Below are positions 9,845 through 19,661 of a stretch of DNA of 64,000 nucleotides, one piece after another. The position numbers and the translations under genes are program-made. Source of the stretch: a virus; IMG/VR virus record IMGVR_UViG_3300032245_001163; one strand, 5' to 3'. Under the pieces are notes generated by a model, which saw nothing but the letters and a program-made list of their open reading frames with translations, ran no database searches and was not told the DNA's origin. The number at the start of each line of letters is the position of its first letter. The stretch's first letter is position 1.

Positions 9845-10143
9845 TGGCCAATTACGATTCAACCAGCCCATATTTTACCACAGGCTACAATCAGTTTTAC
9901 CTTGACGTCATGGTGGACCGACCCATACCCAAAGAAAGCGACGACTTGTCATTTAACATTAATCTCACATATCAATACCGTCCTGATTTGTTGGCACATG
10001 ACTTGTATGGAGATTCAAGATTGTGGTGGGTATTTTATCAACGCAACCCCAACACACTTACAAAACCTCCTCTGGACTTTGCAATAGGTACCAATATCTA
10101 CTTGCCTAAAATTACTACACTTAAATCTGTGTTGGGGTTCTAA
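9844..10143 (+). CDS. gp53: Baseplate wedge protein gp53-like (LysM-like)
   Basis: YRPDLLAHDLYGDSRLWWVF...IYLP motif; baseplate context. Confidence 0.82.
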   Translation: MANYDSTSPYFTTGYNQFYLDVMVDRPIPKESDDLSFNINLTYQYRPDLLAHDLYGDSRLWWVFYQRNPNTLTKPPLDFAIGTNIYLPKITTLKSVLGF

Positions 10144-10146
10144 TAG

Positions 10147-12852
10147 ATGGCAACAGCACCACCAGTTCTACCCGGCGCACAAGATTCTAATTTGGGATTT
10201 GACATTGCCACCGGTAAGGTTTCAACTATAACCCCGGGCACAATGAAAGATGATACCACACTAAATGAAGTAGTGGTCACTGCGAACCCATTGGAAAAAC
10301 CCGATGTAGCTGGTAATCTCACAGCCACAGACGAAATCGTACCACAACCTAATGTACTAGATAGATTTGCCAGTTATACCTATAGTGCCAGTGTGTACTT
10401 GTTAAGCACAACACAGTATCAACGATTGTTGCGTAGCAAGAAAAAAAGTGTCAACGGATATTTTTTGTTGTTTCAAAGTGGTGGTGCGCCCACTAACAAA
10501 GGTGGATTTCTGGGCAAAGGCTCGGGATCTGTATCAGGACAAGATCCCAACGCTGATTTTGCCTACGATTCGCCTGATGACTATGGTCGCAACCCTGCTT
10601 TCCCTCAAGACTTCTATATTGATTCAATTACCATAGACAATGCGTTGCCGGGCAAATTGACTCAAAGTCCGCACATGGTTACTGATCTAAAATTCACAGT
10701 GGTAGAACCAGGCAACATCACACTGTTGGACAGAATACACAGAGCAGTACAAGATGTGGGGCAACTGGCTGATGAGAATTATCCCATCAACTACACTTCT
10801 GCAGCATATCTCATGGTCATACGTTGGTATGGTTATGATATCAACGGACTTCCAGTGCAGGTGGGTGCAGTTGATCCTGCCACTGGCCTCACGGATCCCA
10901 ATGCAGTGTGCGAAAAATTCATACCATTTCTCATTACAGGTATTGAATGGCAAGTGAGTTCAAAATTGGTCACTTATGACTTTTCTTGCGCACCTATCAA
11001 TCAATGGATTGCAGGTGGTACACGTCGTGGTACACTGACCTACGATGCAGAATTTTCTGCTACAACAGTGAGTGAACTACTGGGCGATAACCTGCAGTAT
11101 GTGTCAGCCACTGCTCCCGCTGGCCAACCAGGTGCTACCACAACCACAGGTGGCAAAGGCGGCGTGTTTGCCACCCCAACTTATACACAGACAGCAATCA
11201 ATGGTTCTGCTGCAACTCCTGCCCCGCCCAAGGCCTCAGCGGCGCCCACTTCTTCGTTGACAATAAAACAAGGTGTCATGGGCGCCATGAATGCCAAGCA
11301 ACAAGAATTGGTCAAGCTGGGAATCTATGAAGTAGCAGATACCTATGCTATTGAATTTGGCACACATCCTTCTTTCCCTAATCTCAATATTGGTGATGCC
11401 ACATTAAAATTAACAGGCAATGTAGTAACACAAAGCAATACTCCGATGGCACCCAGTGTGAATCAAAATGCCAATCAAGCAAAAAATCCAGCGGCCAATG
11501 CCATGGAAGTCACTGGTCGTAAATGGAGTGTGGCATCTGGTATGCAACTGGTGCAGATCATTGACCAAGCTGTGAGAAAAAGCAGTTTTATCTACAATCA
11601 ACAATTGACTGTGGTAGATGCGCAAACAGGTGAAGATGTACCAGTAAAAGATGCCAAGTCAAAACCCATGGTTTGGTTTGAAATTACTATGGAGGCATAT
11701 CGAGGCAAGTATGATCGAAAACGCAATGACTATGCCTACGACATAACTTTTATTGTAACGCCGTACCCGCTGCAAAATTTTGATTCAAAATATTTTCCAT
11801 TAACACAGTTTCGAGGAGTACACAAATCGTATTCTTATTGGTTCACTGGACAAAATACCGCGGTGCTGGATTACACAGCTAGATTTAACAGCCTTTACAA
11901 TATCACAGTAACTGGCACTGAACCAAAAGACTCTGGCGCACTTCGTCAGCGCGAACTCAATACATCCAGCATGCGAGAAATACCTTTTTATACTTTCGCT
12001 GCCAGCAGCACAGAAGATAGACAAGGCGAAGAAGGCCGTGCTCTGGAAGCACAGGCCAATGCCGCTGAATATCTTTACAGTCCTGGCGATCAAGGCGAAG
12101 GTAGAATACGCATCATTGGTGATCCTTCTTGGATACAACAAGGCAGCTTGTCCGGCGGAGTCAATATCAAAGAATTCAGCTATTCACCATTCTTACCTGA
12201 CGGTACCATTAACTTTGACGCACAACAAGTGATGTTTGAAATTGCCTGGCAGCGACCAAATGACTATGATTTAAACACTGGTCTGGCAGATCCCTATGCT
12301 GGTGGCAATTCCAAAGATCGATTGCCCATACAAAGCAATGTTTACAAAGCCAATAGAGTGATAAGTGAGTTTAGACAAGGAAAATTTGAACAGACCATTG
12401 AAGGCTCGTTGTATATGTTTCCCAAACCTGATGGTACCAACACTGTGGGCAAAATTGCAGCATCTAACAATGCATTAGGTCAAGCTGCCAGTGGTGCCAA
12501 TGAAACTGCTGCCGAAACTGCTCAATTGGCTAGACCTAATGCACAATCTCCAACATCAATAGAAGCGGCAAACTTTAACACTGCATTGAACAACAGTGTG
12601 TTGAATTCAGCAGCATTTGGAAAAACTGGCACACTGTCTGCGCCTAGAACACAAGTAAACAATGTTGCTGGATCAACAGCACCACCGGCTGGACTAAATG
12701 GTGATTATTCTGTGGGCCCATCAGCATATCCAAAAGCATCCACAGGCTCAGGAGTCAACCCTATTACATTTGGCATCAACACTCCTGAACCATTAAATAC
12801 CAACCCGTATGCCAATGCTGGTCGCACACAAACCATAGTCAGAGAATCCTAA
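10147..12852 (+). CDS. Putative baseplate hub protein (gp27/VgrG-like position)
   Basis: 901 aa between gp53 and gp5; NVLDRFASYTY, IRIIGDPSW and Y...VISEFRQGKFEQTI motifs seen in hub proteins. Confidence 0.55.
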   Translation: MATAPPVLPGAQDSNLGFDIATGKVSTITPGTMKDDTTLNEVVVTANPLEKPDVAGNLTATDEIVPQPNVLDRFASYTYSASVYLLSTTQYQRLLRSKKKSVNGYFLLFQSGGAPTNKGGFLGKGSGSVSGQDPNADFAYDSPDDYGRNPAFPQDFYIDSITIDNALPGKLTQSPHMVTDLKFTVVEPGNITLLDRIHRAVQDVGQLADENYPINYTSAAYLMVIRWYGYDINGLPVQVGAVDPATGLTDPNAVCEKFIPFLITGIEWQVSSKLVTYDFSCAPINQWIAGGTRRGTLTYDAEFSATTVSELLGDNLQYVSATAPAGQPGATTTTGGKGGVFATPTYTQTAINGSAATPAPPKASAAPTSSLTIKQGVMGAMNAKQQELVKLGIYEVADTYAIEFGTHPSFPNLNIGDATLKLTGNVVTQSNTPMAPSVNQNANQAKNPAANAMEVTGRKWSVASGMQLVQIIDQAVRKSSFIYNQQLTVVDAQTGEDVPVKDAKSKPMVWFEITMEAYRGKYDRKRNDYAYDITFIVTPYPLQNFDSKYFPLTQFRGVHKSYSYWFTGQNTAVLDYTARFNSLYNITVTGTEPKDSGALRQRELNTSSMREIPFYTFAASSTEDRQGEEGRALEAQANAAEYLYSPGDQGEGRIRIIGDPSWIQQGSLSGGVNIKEFSYSPFLPDGTINFDAQQVMFEIAWQRPNDYDLNTGLADPYAGGNSKDRLPIQSNVYKANRVISEFRQGKFEQTIEGSLYMFPKPDGTNTVGKIAASNNALGQAASGANETAAETAQLARPNAQSPTSIEAANFNTALNNSVLNSAAFGKTGTLSAPRTQVNNVAGSTAPPAGLNGDYSVGPSAYPKASTGSGVNPITFGINTPEPLNTNPYANAGRTQTIVRES

Positions 12853-12861
12853 GGAGCAATT

Positions 12862-14364
12862 TTGTCAGAAGAAATTCAACGCAGTAGAGGTCGTCCGCAG
12901 AATTACAAAGTAGACCGCGGTGGAGTGCCCACGGACTTTGGCCCATTTGTGGGCATAGTCAAAAACAATGTGGACCCAACACGCAGTGGACGTTTGCAAG
13001 TGTTCATTGAAACATTCAGCAATGGCGACCCTGAAGATCCAACCAAATGGACCACTGTGCGATATCTGCCAGGATTCTACGGTTATACTCCTGCAGGCAA
13101 CACCGCCAACACTGGGGTAGGCGACTACACACAAAATCAAAATGCCTATGGCATGTGGTTTACTCCGCCAGACATTGGCATTCAAGTGTTGTGTGTGTTT
13201 GCCAACGGCGATCGACAACTGGGATATTATCTTGGGGTGGTGCCCAGCGATGGCCTAGGGCACATGGTGCCTGCTGTGGGCAGCACCACACAGTATGTGG
13301 TAAGCAACAAAAATCAAGAAACTTATTTCACTGACGATAAACTGTTGCCAGTGACTGAAATCAACACCAGCGCATTGGATTTGATAAACAATGGGCGATT
13401 CTTTGATCAACAAAAGCCAGTGCATGCTGTGGCTGCTGGTGTGCTGTTTCGACAAGGACTCAACAAAGACATAGAACGCGGGCCAATACGTTCAAGCAGT
13501 CAGAGAGAAACTCCCAGTGCTGTGTTTGGTGTCAGCACACCGGGTATACCAGTGTACAAAGGCGGCATGAGTCCCAATGACATACGCAAAAAAATTCAAA
13601 ACAATGAGTTAACTCCTGCAGACGCACAAATCATTGGCCGCATGGGTGGACACACCTTGGTCATGGACGACGGCGACCTCGATGGCAACAATGCGCTGTT
13701 TAGATTGCGCACACCCAAAGGTCATCAGATCACAATGAATGACTCAGGTAATTTCTTTTACATCACACATGCCAACGGACAAACATGGTTGGAGTTTGGC
13801 AAAGAAGGCACAGTAGACATATTTTCAACCAACTCAGTAAACATCCGCACACAAGGCGACATCAACATGCATGCTGACCGTGATATCAACATGTTTGCTG
13901 GCGGCAACATACAAGTCAAAAGCACCAAGAGTACCACAATAGAAGCAAATACAGATCTAAGCATCACAGCACAAAATGATTTTAAAATTTACAGCAAAGC
14001 CACTTTGGGAGTCAAAGCCGATGGTACTTTGGCTATACAAAGCGCAGGCGGATCTTGGAACGGTGGCGAATCGCTGTTGTTCACTGCTGGTGGCATAGAT
14101 TTGAATGGTCCTGCGGCACCCACGGTTGCAGCGCCCAAACCCATTGCCACTGTTGAATTAGATGACACTGTATTTGATACCAGCAAAGGCTGGCAAGTCA
14201 AAGAAAAAACATTGAAAACCATTGTGCCTAGAGCACCCACACACGAGCCTTACCCTTATCACAACAAAGGTGTTGATGTAAAAGTACAACTGGAACCTGG
14301 ACAACCCACTCCTCCCCCGGGTGCTGTACCTGTCCCAGCAGGATGGGATGTCAAAGCAAAATGA
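12862..14364 (+). CDS. gp5: Baseplate central spike gp5-like (OB fold plus beta-helix, no lysozyme domain)
   Basis: GIVKNNVDPTRSGRLQV...YGMWFTPPDIG..VLC.F OB-fold; GHTLVMDD/GHQITMND and beta-strand repeats; PTHEPYPYH near the end; TTG start after AAGGAG. Confidence 0.8.
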   Translation: MSEEIQRSRGRPQNYKVDRGGVPTDFGPFVGIVKNNVDPTRSGRLQVFIETFSNGDPEDPTKWTTVRYLPGFYGYTPAGNTANTGVGDYTQNQNAYGMWFTPPDIGIQVLCVFANGDRQLGYYLGVVPSDGLGHMVPAVGSTTQYVVSNKNQETYFTDDKLLPVTEINTSALDLINNGRFFDQQKPVHAVAAGVLFRQGLNKDIERGPIRSSSQRETPSAVFGVSTPGIPVYKGGMSPNDIRKKIQNNELTPADAQIIGRMGGHTLVMDDGDLDGNNALFRLRTPKGHQITMNDSGNFFYITHANGQTWLEFGKEGTVDIFSTNSVNIRTQGDINMHADRDINMFAGGNIQVKSTKSTTIEANTDLSITAQNDFKIYSKATLGVKADGTLAIQSAGGSWNGGESLLFTAGGIDLNGPAAPTVAAPKPIATVELDDTVFDTSKGWQVKEKTLKTIVPRAPTHEPYPYHNKGVDVKVQLEPGQPTPPPGAVPVPAGWDVKAK

Positions 14365-15743
14365 GTATTTTTAATTTTGATTTTGGCGGTAAAAAGTTTG
14401 AAATACAAGGACCGCCGGGTGCCACAGAAGCACAGGCACGAGCTGTATTTGATCAACAAGTCAAAACAGGAGCACTGGTCGGACTCAAATCTGGTGATGT
14501 TTTAAATGCAGCCAAACAAGCTGAAGGTGGACTTGCAGCCGCAGCAGGACAAGTATCACAGGCATTCAACGGCGTACCAGGTTTGTCTAGCGGTACACTC
14601 GGCACATCATTTAGCACAGCTGGTAAAGAATTTAGTGCTGCTTTTAGTTCTGCAACGTCTGTGGCTCAGCAAACGCTGTCAGGTATTACCAAATCCATAG
14701 GTGGCACACCAGTGGCAAATGGCATCAACATTGCTGATTTTGCCAAACAAGTGCCTTCATTGACTTCGATCAGTGGGCTCACTGGCATAGACGTAAGGGC
14801 GGCTGTGTCTCAAGCATCAACGTTATCATCGCAAACTGCAACACAATTCAGCGATGCCAACGGTGTGGGAAAATTTGGATTTGACGCCACACAATTAGAA
14901 AATGCTGGCCTGTTGAAAACCGGCACAGTGGCATCCTTTCTTACCCAAGGTACCAACTCATTGACTTCAGTGTTGAAAAGTCCAGCAGTATGGACTGGCA
15001 AAGACGGCATCAACAATCTTGATGGGCTGTTGAATAATCCAGCAATGCAAAATTTAACACAACAAAATCTAATGAGTTCGGGGTTAAACGCAGTCAAACA
15101 ACTGGGCATCCCCATTGACAAACTCAATCCCAAAGCACTGGCAGGAGTGTCGTTAAATGCAGCCAAAAGTCCAACAGACACCTTGGCCTGGGCCAAGGGC
15201 GAATTGCCAGCTGATCTAAAATCTCAATTTGACAGCGTGGCCAAAGACGCTTCTTTTGCTGTGGACCTAGCAGATCAGAAATTGAACGATGCAATGGCAC
15301 AATTGGCTCCACCAGGAGAAGCCGAAGACACAGTGGATCGTGCCACACTTGACGCTGCTGTCAAGCGAGTGTTTGGCAATGACAAGATACCCAGTTTGGA
15401 CTATGGCGGCCCTGTTCCTCCCCCGGCACCGTTGTTTGCTGAAAACAAGAGATTAAAAGCGTTGACCGCAGAACAACAGGCCAAAGTTTCAACCCTGGTC
15501 AGTCAGGAAACCACTGTGCAGAATGTTGATGCTCGCATTGCACAGTACACAGCAATTCGTGCTGAGTTACTTAAATTGGCCAAACTGTATCAATCACTGC
15601 AAGCAGATGTCAAAGGCAAACCATACACAGATTTCATCGACGAAGTTGATCGAGGTCTTGCTGCGGTACAAGCACTGATTGAAGCCATTGGCATGCAGTA
15701 TATTCCTGCGCTGAGACAGTTTAAACAGCGCGGTCAGGCATAA
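14361..15743 (+). CDS. Virion protein with possible degenerate lysozyme-like domain
   Basis: Start likely ATG 14361 (ATGA overlap with gp5); GVGKFGFDATQLENAGLLK...WTGKDGINNLDGLLNNPAMQ resembles phage muramidase-like modules; lies between gp5 and gp25. Confidence 0.5.
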   Translation: MSIFNFDFGGKKFEIQGPPGATEAQARAVFDQQVKTGALVGLKSGDVLNAAKQAEGGLAAAAGQVSQAFNGVPGLSSGTLGTSFSTAGKEFSAAFSSATSVAQQTLSGITKSIGGTPVANGINIADFAKQVPSLTSISGLTGIDVRAAVSQASTLSSQTATQFSDANGVGKFGFDATQLENAGLLKTGTVASFLTQGTNSLTSVLKSPAVWTGKDGINNLDGLLNNPAMQNLTQQNLMSSGLNAVKQLGIPIDKLNPKALAGVSLNAAKSPTDTLAWAKGELPADLKSQFDSVAKDASFAVDLADQKLNDAMAQLAPPGEAEDTVDRATLDAAVKRVFGNDKIPSLDYGGPVPPPAPLFAENKRLKALTAEQQAKVSTLVSQETTVQNVDARIAQYTAIRAELLKLAKLYQSLQADVKGKPYTDFIDEVDRGLAAVQALIEAIGMQYIPALRQFKQRGQA

Positions 15744-15750
15744 AACACAC

Positions 15751-15758
15751 CATAAATA
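15751..15758 (+). promoter_or_regulatory. Putative late promoter
   Basis: CATAAATA in a 20-nt intergenic gap, 5 nt before the gp25 ATG. Confidence 0.65.
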
Positions 15759-15763
15759 TTGTC

Positions 15764-16138
15764 ATGACCACATTCATCGGCTTTAATACCATTGATCAAT
15801 ACAAAAAGTTCACGCTCACAGACTTTGATCTAATCCAACGAGACTTGTTAAACGCTTTTAGTATTCGTCAAGGAGAACTGCCTGGCCGTCCAGGCTACGG
15901 TACCACACTGTGGGATTTTTTGTTTGAAAATCAAATTGAACAACTGACACAACAAATACGTGCTGAAGTGCAACGTGTGGCAGGCGGCGACCCTAGACTC
16001 ATTGTCAATGACATACAAGTGTTTCCTCAAGAAAACGGTATATTGATACAACTTCAGATCACTGTTATAAACACCACTAACGCCGAGATTCTCAGCATAT
16101 TTTTTGACGAACAAACTCGTAATGCCAGCTACGTATAA
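15764..16138 (+). CDS. gp25: Baseplate wedge subunit gp25-like
   Basis: LIQRDLLNAFSIRQGELPGRPGYGTTLWDFLFE...DPRL, classic gp25/GPW pattern; 124 aa. Confidence 0.92.
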   Translation: MTTFIGFNTIDQYKKFTLTDFDLIQRDLLNAFSIRQGELPGRPGYGTTLWDFLFENQIEQLTQQIRAEVQRVAGGDPRLIVNDIQVFPQENGILIQLQITVINTTNAEILSIFFDEQTRNASYV

Positions 16139-16157
16139 CTGCGCCGTTTTTATTATC

Positions 16158-16165
16158 AATAAATA
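16158..16165 (+). promoter_or_regulatory. Putative late promoter
   Basis: AATAAATA in the intergenic gap before gp6. Confidence 0.6.
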
Positions 16166-16184
16166 AAGCACGGACGAGAAGAAA

Positions 16185-19100
16185 ATGGCAACAACCACAA
16201 GACAAACAGCAATATTTGGCGTAGAAGATTGGAAACAAATCTACCAAACCTACCGCGAAGCCGACTTCCAAAGCTACGACTTTGAAACTCTTCGCAAAAG
16301 TTTCATTGACTATTTGCGTTTGTATTACCCCGAAACATTCAATGACTACATTGAATCGTCAGAATTCATTGCCTTGTTGGACGTCATGGCTTTCATGGGT
16401 CAAGCACTGGCTTTCCGCACAGATTTAAACACCAGAGAAAACTACATTGACACTGCTGAACGCAGAGACTCAGTGGTGCGTCTTGCTAATTTGGTAAGCT
16501 ACACTGCCAAACGTAATGCAGCGGCTGAAGGATTTCTCAAAGTATTCAATGTTACCACAACAGAAAATGTTGTGGACTACAACGGTGTAAACCTCAGCAA
16601 TATTACAGTGAATTGGGCAGATCCAACCAACAATGACTGGCAAGAACAGTTTACAGCCATTATCAATGCTGCCTTGGTAGACAGCCAAAAAGTAGGCCGT
16701 CCAGGCAACCGTCAAACTGTGCTGGGTGTTGACACTGCTGAATATGGTATCAATCTTGTGCCTGGCTTTTTGCCAGTGATTCCTTACACCGCCACAGTGG
16801 ATGGCATCAGTATGCCGTTTGAAGCAACAACTAGCACCTCAGTGGGACGCGACTATGTGTACGAGCCTGCTCCTGTGCCCAACACAGTGTTCAACGTGCT
16901 GTTTAGAAACGATCAACTGGGGTTTCAATCAGCCAACACTGGCTATTTCTTTTTCTTCAAACAAGGTATTCTACAAAACCAAGATTTTAACTTGAGCGAA
17001 CGCATTGCCAATCGCACAGTAGATATCAATGTTGAAGGCGTAAACAATGACGACCGTTGGTTGTTTCAGCTGGACAACATTGGCAACATCAGCCGCGAGT
17101 GGCAGTATGTAGAAAACGTTTACACAGCAGCCGAGCAACGCAACAATGTGTTGCAACCCATTTACAGTGTTACTTCCAGAGCCAATGATCAAATTACCAT
17201 GGTGTTTGGCGATGGTGTGTTCAGTGAAATTCCCGTGGGCATATTCCGTGCGTATGTTCGCGCCAGCAACGGCTTGCAGTATATCATCAACCCTGAAGAA
17301 ATGCAAAACGTTGTGTTGCCCATCTCATACACTGATCGCAACGGCAACCTGCAGACTATTACATTCACTTGTGGTATCACACGTCCTGTTTCAAACAGCC
17401 AAGCACGTGAGCCCATTGGCGAAATCAAACAACGTGCTCCTGCACGTTATTACACACAGAATCGCATGGTCAACGGAGAAGATTACAATCTTTTCCCTTA
17501 CACACAATACAATTCAATTATCAAGAGCAAGGCCTTGAACCGTGCCAGCATTGGTACCAGTCGTTATCTTGATCTTGTGGACAACACCGGCAAGTACAGT
17601 TCAACCAACACATTCTCAAGTGATGGCGGAATTTGGCGTCAAAACATTTTGCCTACTATTTTATTCTCCTACACCAATCGCAATGAGATTGCAGATATTA
17701 TTACCAATCAAGTGCAACCATCTATTGATGGAGCCACAGTAAGACAATTTTACTATTCAAACTTTCCTCGTATTACATCTACTACGCAACCAACAGGAGT
17801 TGCTTGGCTAAGTGGATACACATGGAATCAAAGCACCACACTGGCCAACGAAACCACTGGCTACTTTAGAAACACAATTACCAGCGCCACTTGGCCCGAT
17901 GGTACTCCTATTCCAGTGGGAGAAACCACAAACACCATGTTCAAATATGTGATACCTGGCTCACTGATCAAGTTTGTGCCACCCACTGGTTATTATTTTG
18001 ATCGCAACAATAAATTGGTACAAGGTACTCCTATGCGGGCCGACGAACGCACAGAAATCTGGGCCAGTCCGCAACAAATAGTAGGTGATGGCTACAATGG
18101 TGGGCTAGGCAATTTGAGTTCAGGCGCAGGACCTGTAACAATCAACAACTTTGTGCCGTCTGGAGCCATTGTAGACACAATTATTCCGTTGTTTGTAACA
18201 GATCTTCCCAACACCATTGAACAGCAAATGGCTGAACAAATCCTGTTGTATCGTAATTTTGGCTTGGGATATGACAGCAATGGCGACATAACTGGTACTC
18301 CTTACACTTGGTATCTTATAACTAGTACCAATCTTGATGCGTATTCACAAAGCAATCCTGCAACATGGAGTCAGCAATATGCTGGCAACACATCTGGAGC
18401 CAATCTTGACGCCAGTTGGTTGATACAGTTTGTTGTAGAAAATCAAAATTACACCATTACATTCCGTGGACTGAGTTATAACTTTGGATCAGTATTACAA
18501 ACACGATTTTTCTTCTACGAAGATCAACTTGTGTACGATAGCCGCACAGGTACTATCATCAAAGATTTTATCAATGTGTTGGCAGTGAACACACAACCCA
18601 ACTCAACTGAACCGTTGCCTGGTGATATCTATACCACAATCATTGGACAACCTGTGGAAAGCGATGGCTACGTCGATGACTTCCAAGTCCTAGTAAGCTA
18701 TCGAGATTCAGACAACGATGGTGTGCCTGATAATCCAGACTTTTTTGATGAAATTGTTGGCCCTGCAACCACAGCTGGACCCTATGTATTCTTGCAACAG
18801 ACTGTGGACTTTGACAATCTTCAACGTTATCTGTTGGTAGAACAAGGTGTTGTGATCTATGATTACGGTACATTGGACGAAATTGAACTGGCCAAAACTG
18901 AATGGACACCAGGACAAGTGTTCTATGCCTATGAAGAAAATGCATTCTATCAACTCAGCATCTCAGTCACAGGTGTGCGCACCATTGTCAGTGTAACTGG
19001 CTGGATCGCTAAAACAGGCAGACAAAGTCTGTATTTCCAATACCGCCACAATTCACCATTGACCAACAGAATTGATCCAGGGTCTACCAACATCATTGAT

Positions 19101-19661
19101 TTGTATGTTGTTACATTGTCTTACTACACTGCTTATCAAAACTGGTTGCGTGATACCACAGGCACTGTGGCTCAGCCAGCATCGCCCACAATTGATCAAC
19201 TGTCAACTGATTACCAGGCCTTGCAAGATTACAAAATGATCAGTGACAACATTGTGGTTAACTCAGTGGTATTCAAACCCTTGTTTGGTCCCAAGGCTGC
19301 ACAAGAACTACGTGCCACAATCAAAGTTATCCGTGCGCAAAACAGCACAGCCAGTACCAGCGAAATCAAAAGCAGTGTTTTAGCAGAAATGAACAATTAT
19401 TTTTCAATTGACAAATGGAATTTTGGCGATACTTTTTACTTCTCTGAGCTGGCAGCATACTTGCATAGACAACTAGGATCAATTATCAGTTCTGTGGTAT
19501 TGGTTCCTCTGGACCAACAAAAGAGCTTTGGCGATCTGTATGAAATCCGCAGCCAGCCAAACGAAATTTTTGCCAATGGTGCAACCATTGACAATATCGA
19601 TGTTATCGAAGCATTGACTAGTACCAACCTGCGTACTGCACCAGGCAGCGGAGTAATTTAA
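16185..19661 (+). CDS. gp6: Baseplate wedge subunit gp6-like
   Basis: DFETLRKSFIDYLR, LLDVMAF, E.YIDTAERRDSV, FGDGVF, IKQRAP..YYTQNRMVNGEDY motifs; follows gp25. Confidence 0.88.
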   Translation: MATTTRQTAIFGVEDWKQIYQTYREADFQSYDFETLRKSFIDYLRLYYPETFNDYIESSEFIALLDVMAFMGQALAFRTDLNTRENYIDTAERRDSVVRLANLVSYTAKRNAAAEGFLKVFNVTTTENVVDYNGVNLSNITVNWADPTNNDWQEQFTAIINAALVDSQKVGRPGNRQTVLGVDTAEYGINLVPGFLPVIPYTATVDGISMPFEATTSTSVGRDYVYEPAPVPNTVFNVLFRNDQLGFQSANTGYFFFFKQGILQNQDFNLSERIANRTVDINVEGVNNDDRWLFQLDNIGNISREWQYVENVYTAAEQRNNVLQPIYSVTSRANDQITMVFGDGVFSEIPVGIFRAYVRASNGLQYIINPEEMQNVVLPISYTDRNGNLQTITFTCGITRPVSNSQAREPIGEIKQRAPARYYTQNRMVNGEDYNLFPYTQYNSIIKSKALNRASIGTSRYLDLVDNTGKYSSTNTFSSDGGIWRQNILPTILFSYTNRNEIADIITNQVQPSIDGATVRQFYYSNFPRITSTTQPTGVAWLSGYTWNQSTTLANETTGYFRNTITSATWPDGTPIPVGETTNTMFKYVIPGSLIKFVPPTGYYFDRNNKLVQGTPMRADERTEIWASPQQIVGDGYNGGLGNLSSGAGPVTINNFVPSGAIVDTIIPLFVTDLPNTIEQQMAEQILLYRNFGLGYDSNGDITGTPYTWYLITSTNLDAYSQSNPATWSQQYAGNTSGANLDASWLIQFVVENQNYTITFRGLSYNFGSVLQTRFFFYEDQLVYDSRTGTIIKDFINVLAVNTQPNSTEPLPGDIYTTIIGQPVESDGYVDDFQVLVSYRDSDNDGVPDNPDFFDEIVGPATTAGPYVFLQQTVDFDNLQRYLLVEQGVVIYDYGTLDEIELAKTEWTPGQVFYAYEENAFYQLSISVTGVRTIVSVTGWIAKTGRQSLYFQYRHNSPLTNRIDPGSTNIIDLYVVTLSYYTAYQNWLRDTTGTVAQPASPTIDQLSTDYQALQDYKMISDNIVVNSVVFKPLFGPKAAQELRATIKVIRAQNSTASTSEIKSSVLAEMNNYFSIDKWNFGDTFYFSELAAYLHRQLGSIISSVVLVPLDQQKSFGDLYEIRSQPNEIFANGATIDNIDVIEALTSTNLRTAPGSGVI

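Noticed and set aside
16141-16176. Imperfect inverted repeat around the gp6 late promoter
   Set aside because: AT-rich, mismatched and without a U-tract; insufficient for a terminator or structured RNA call.
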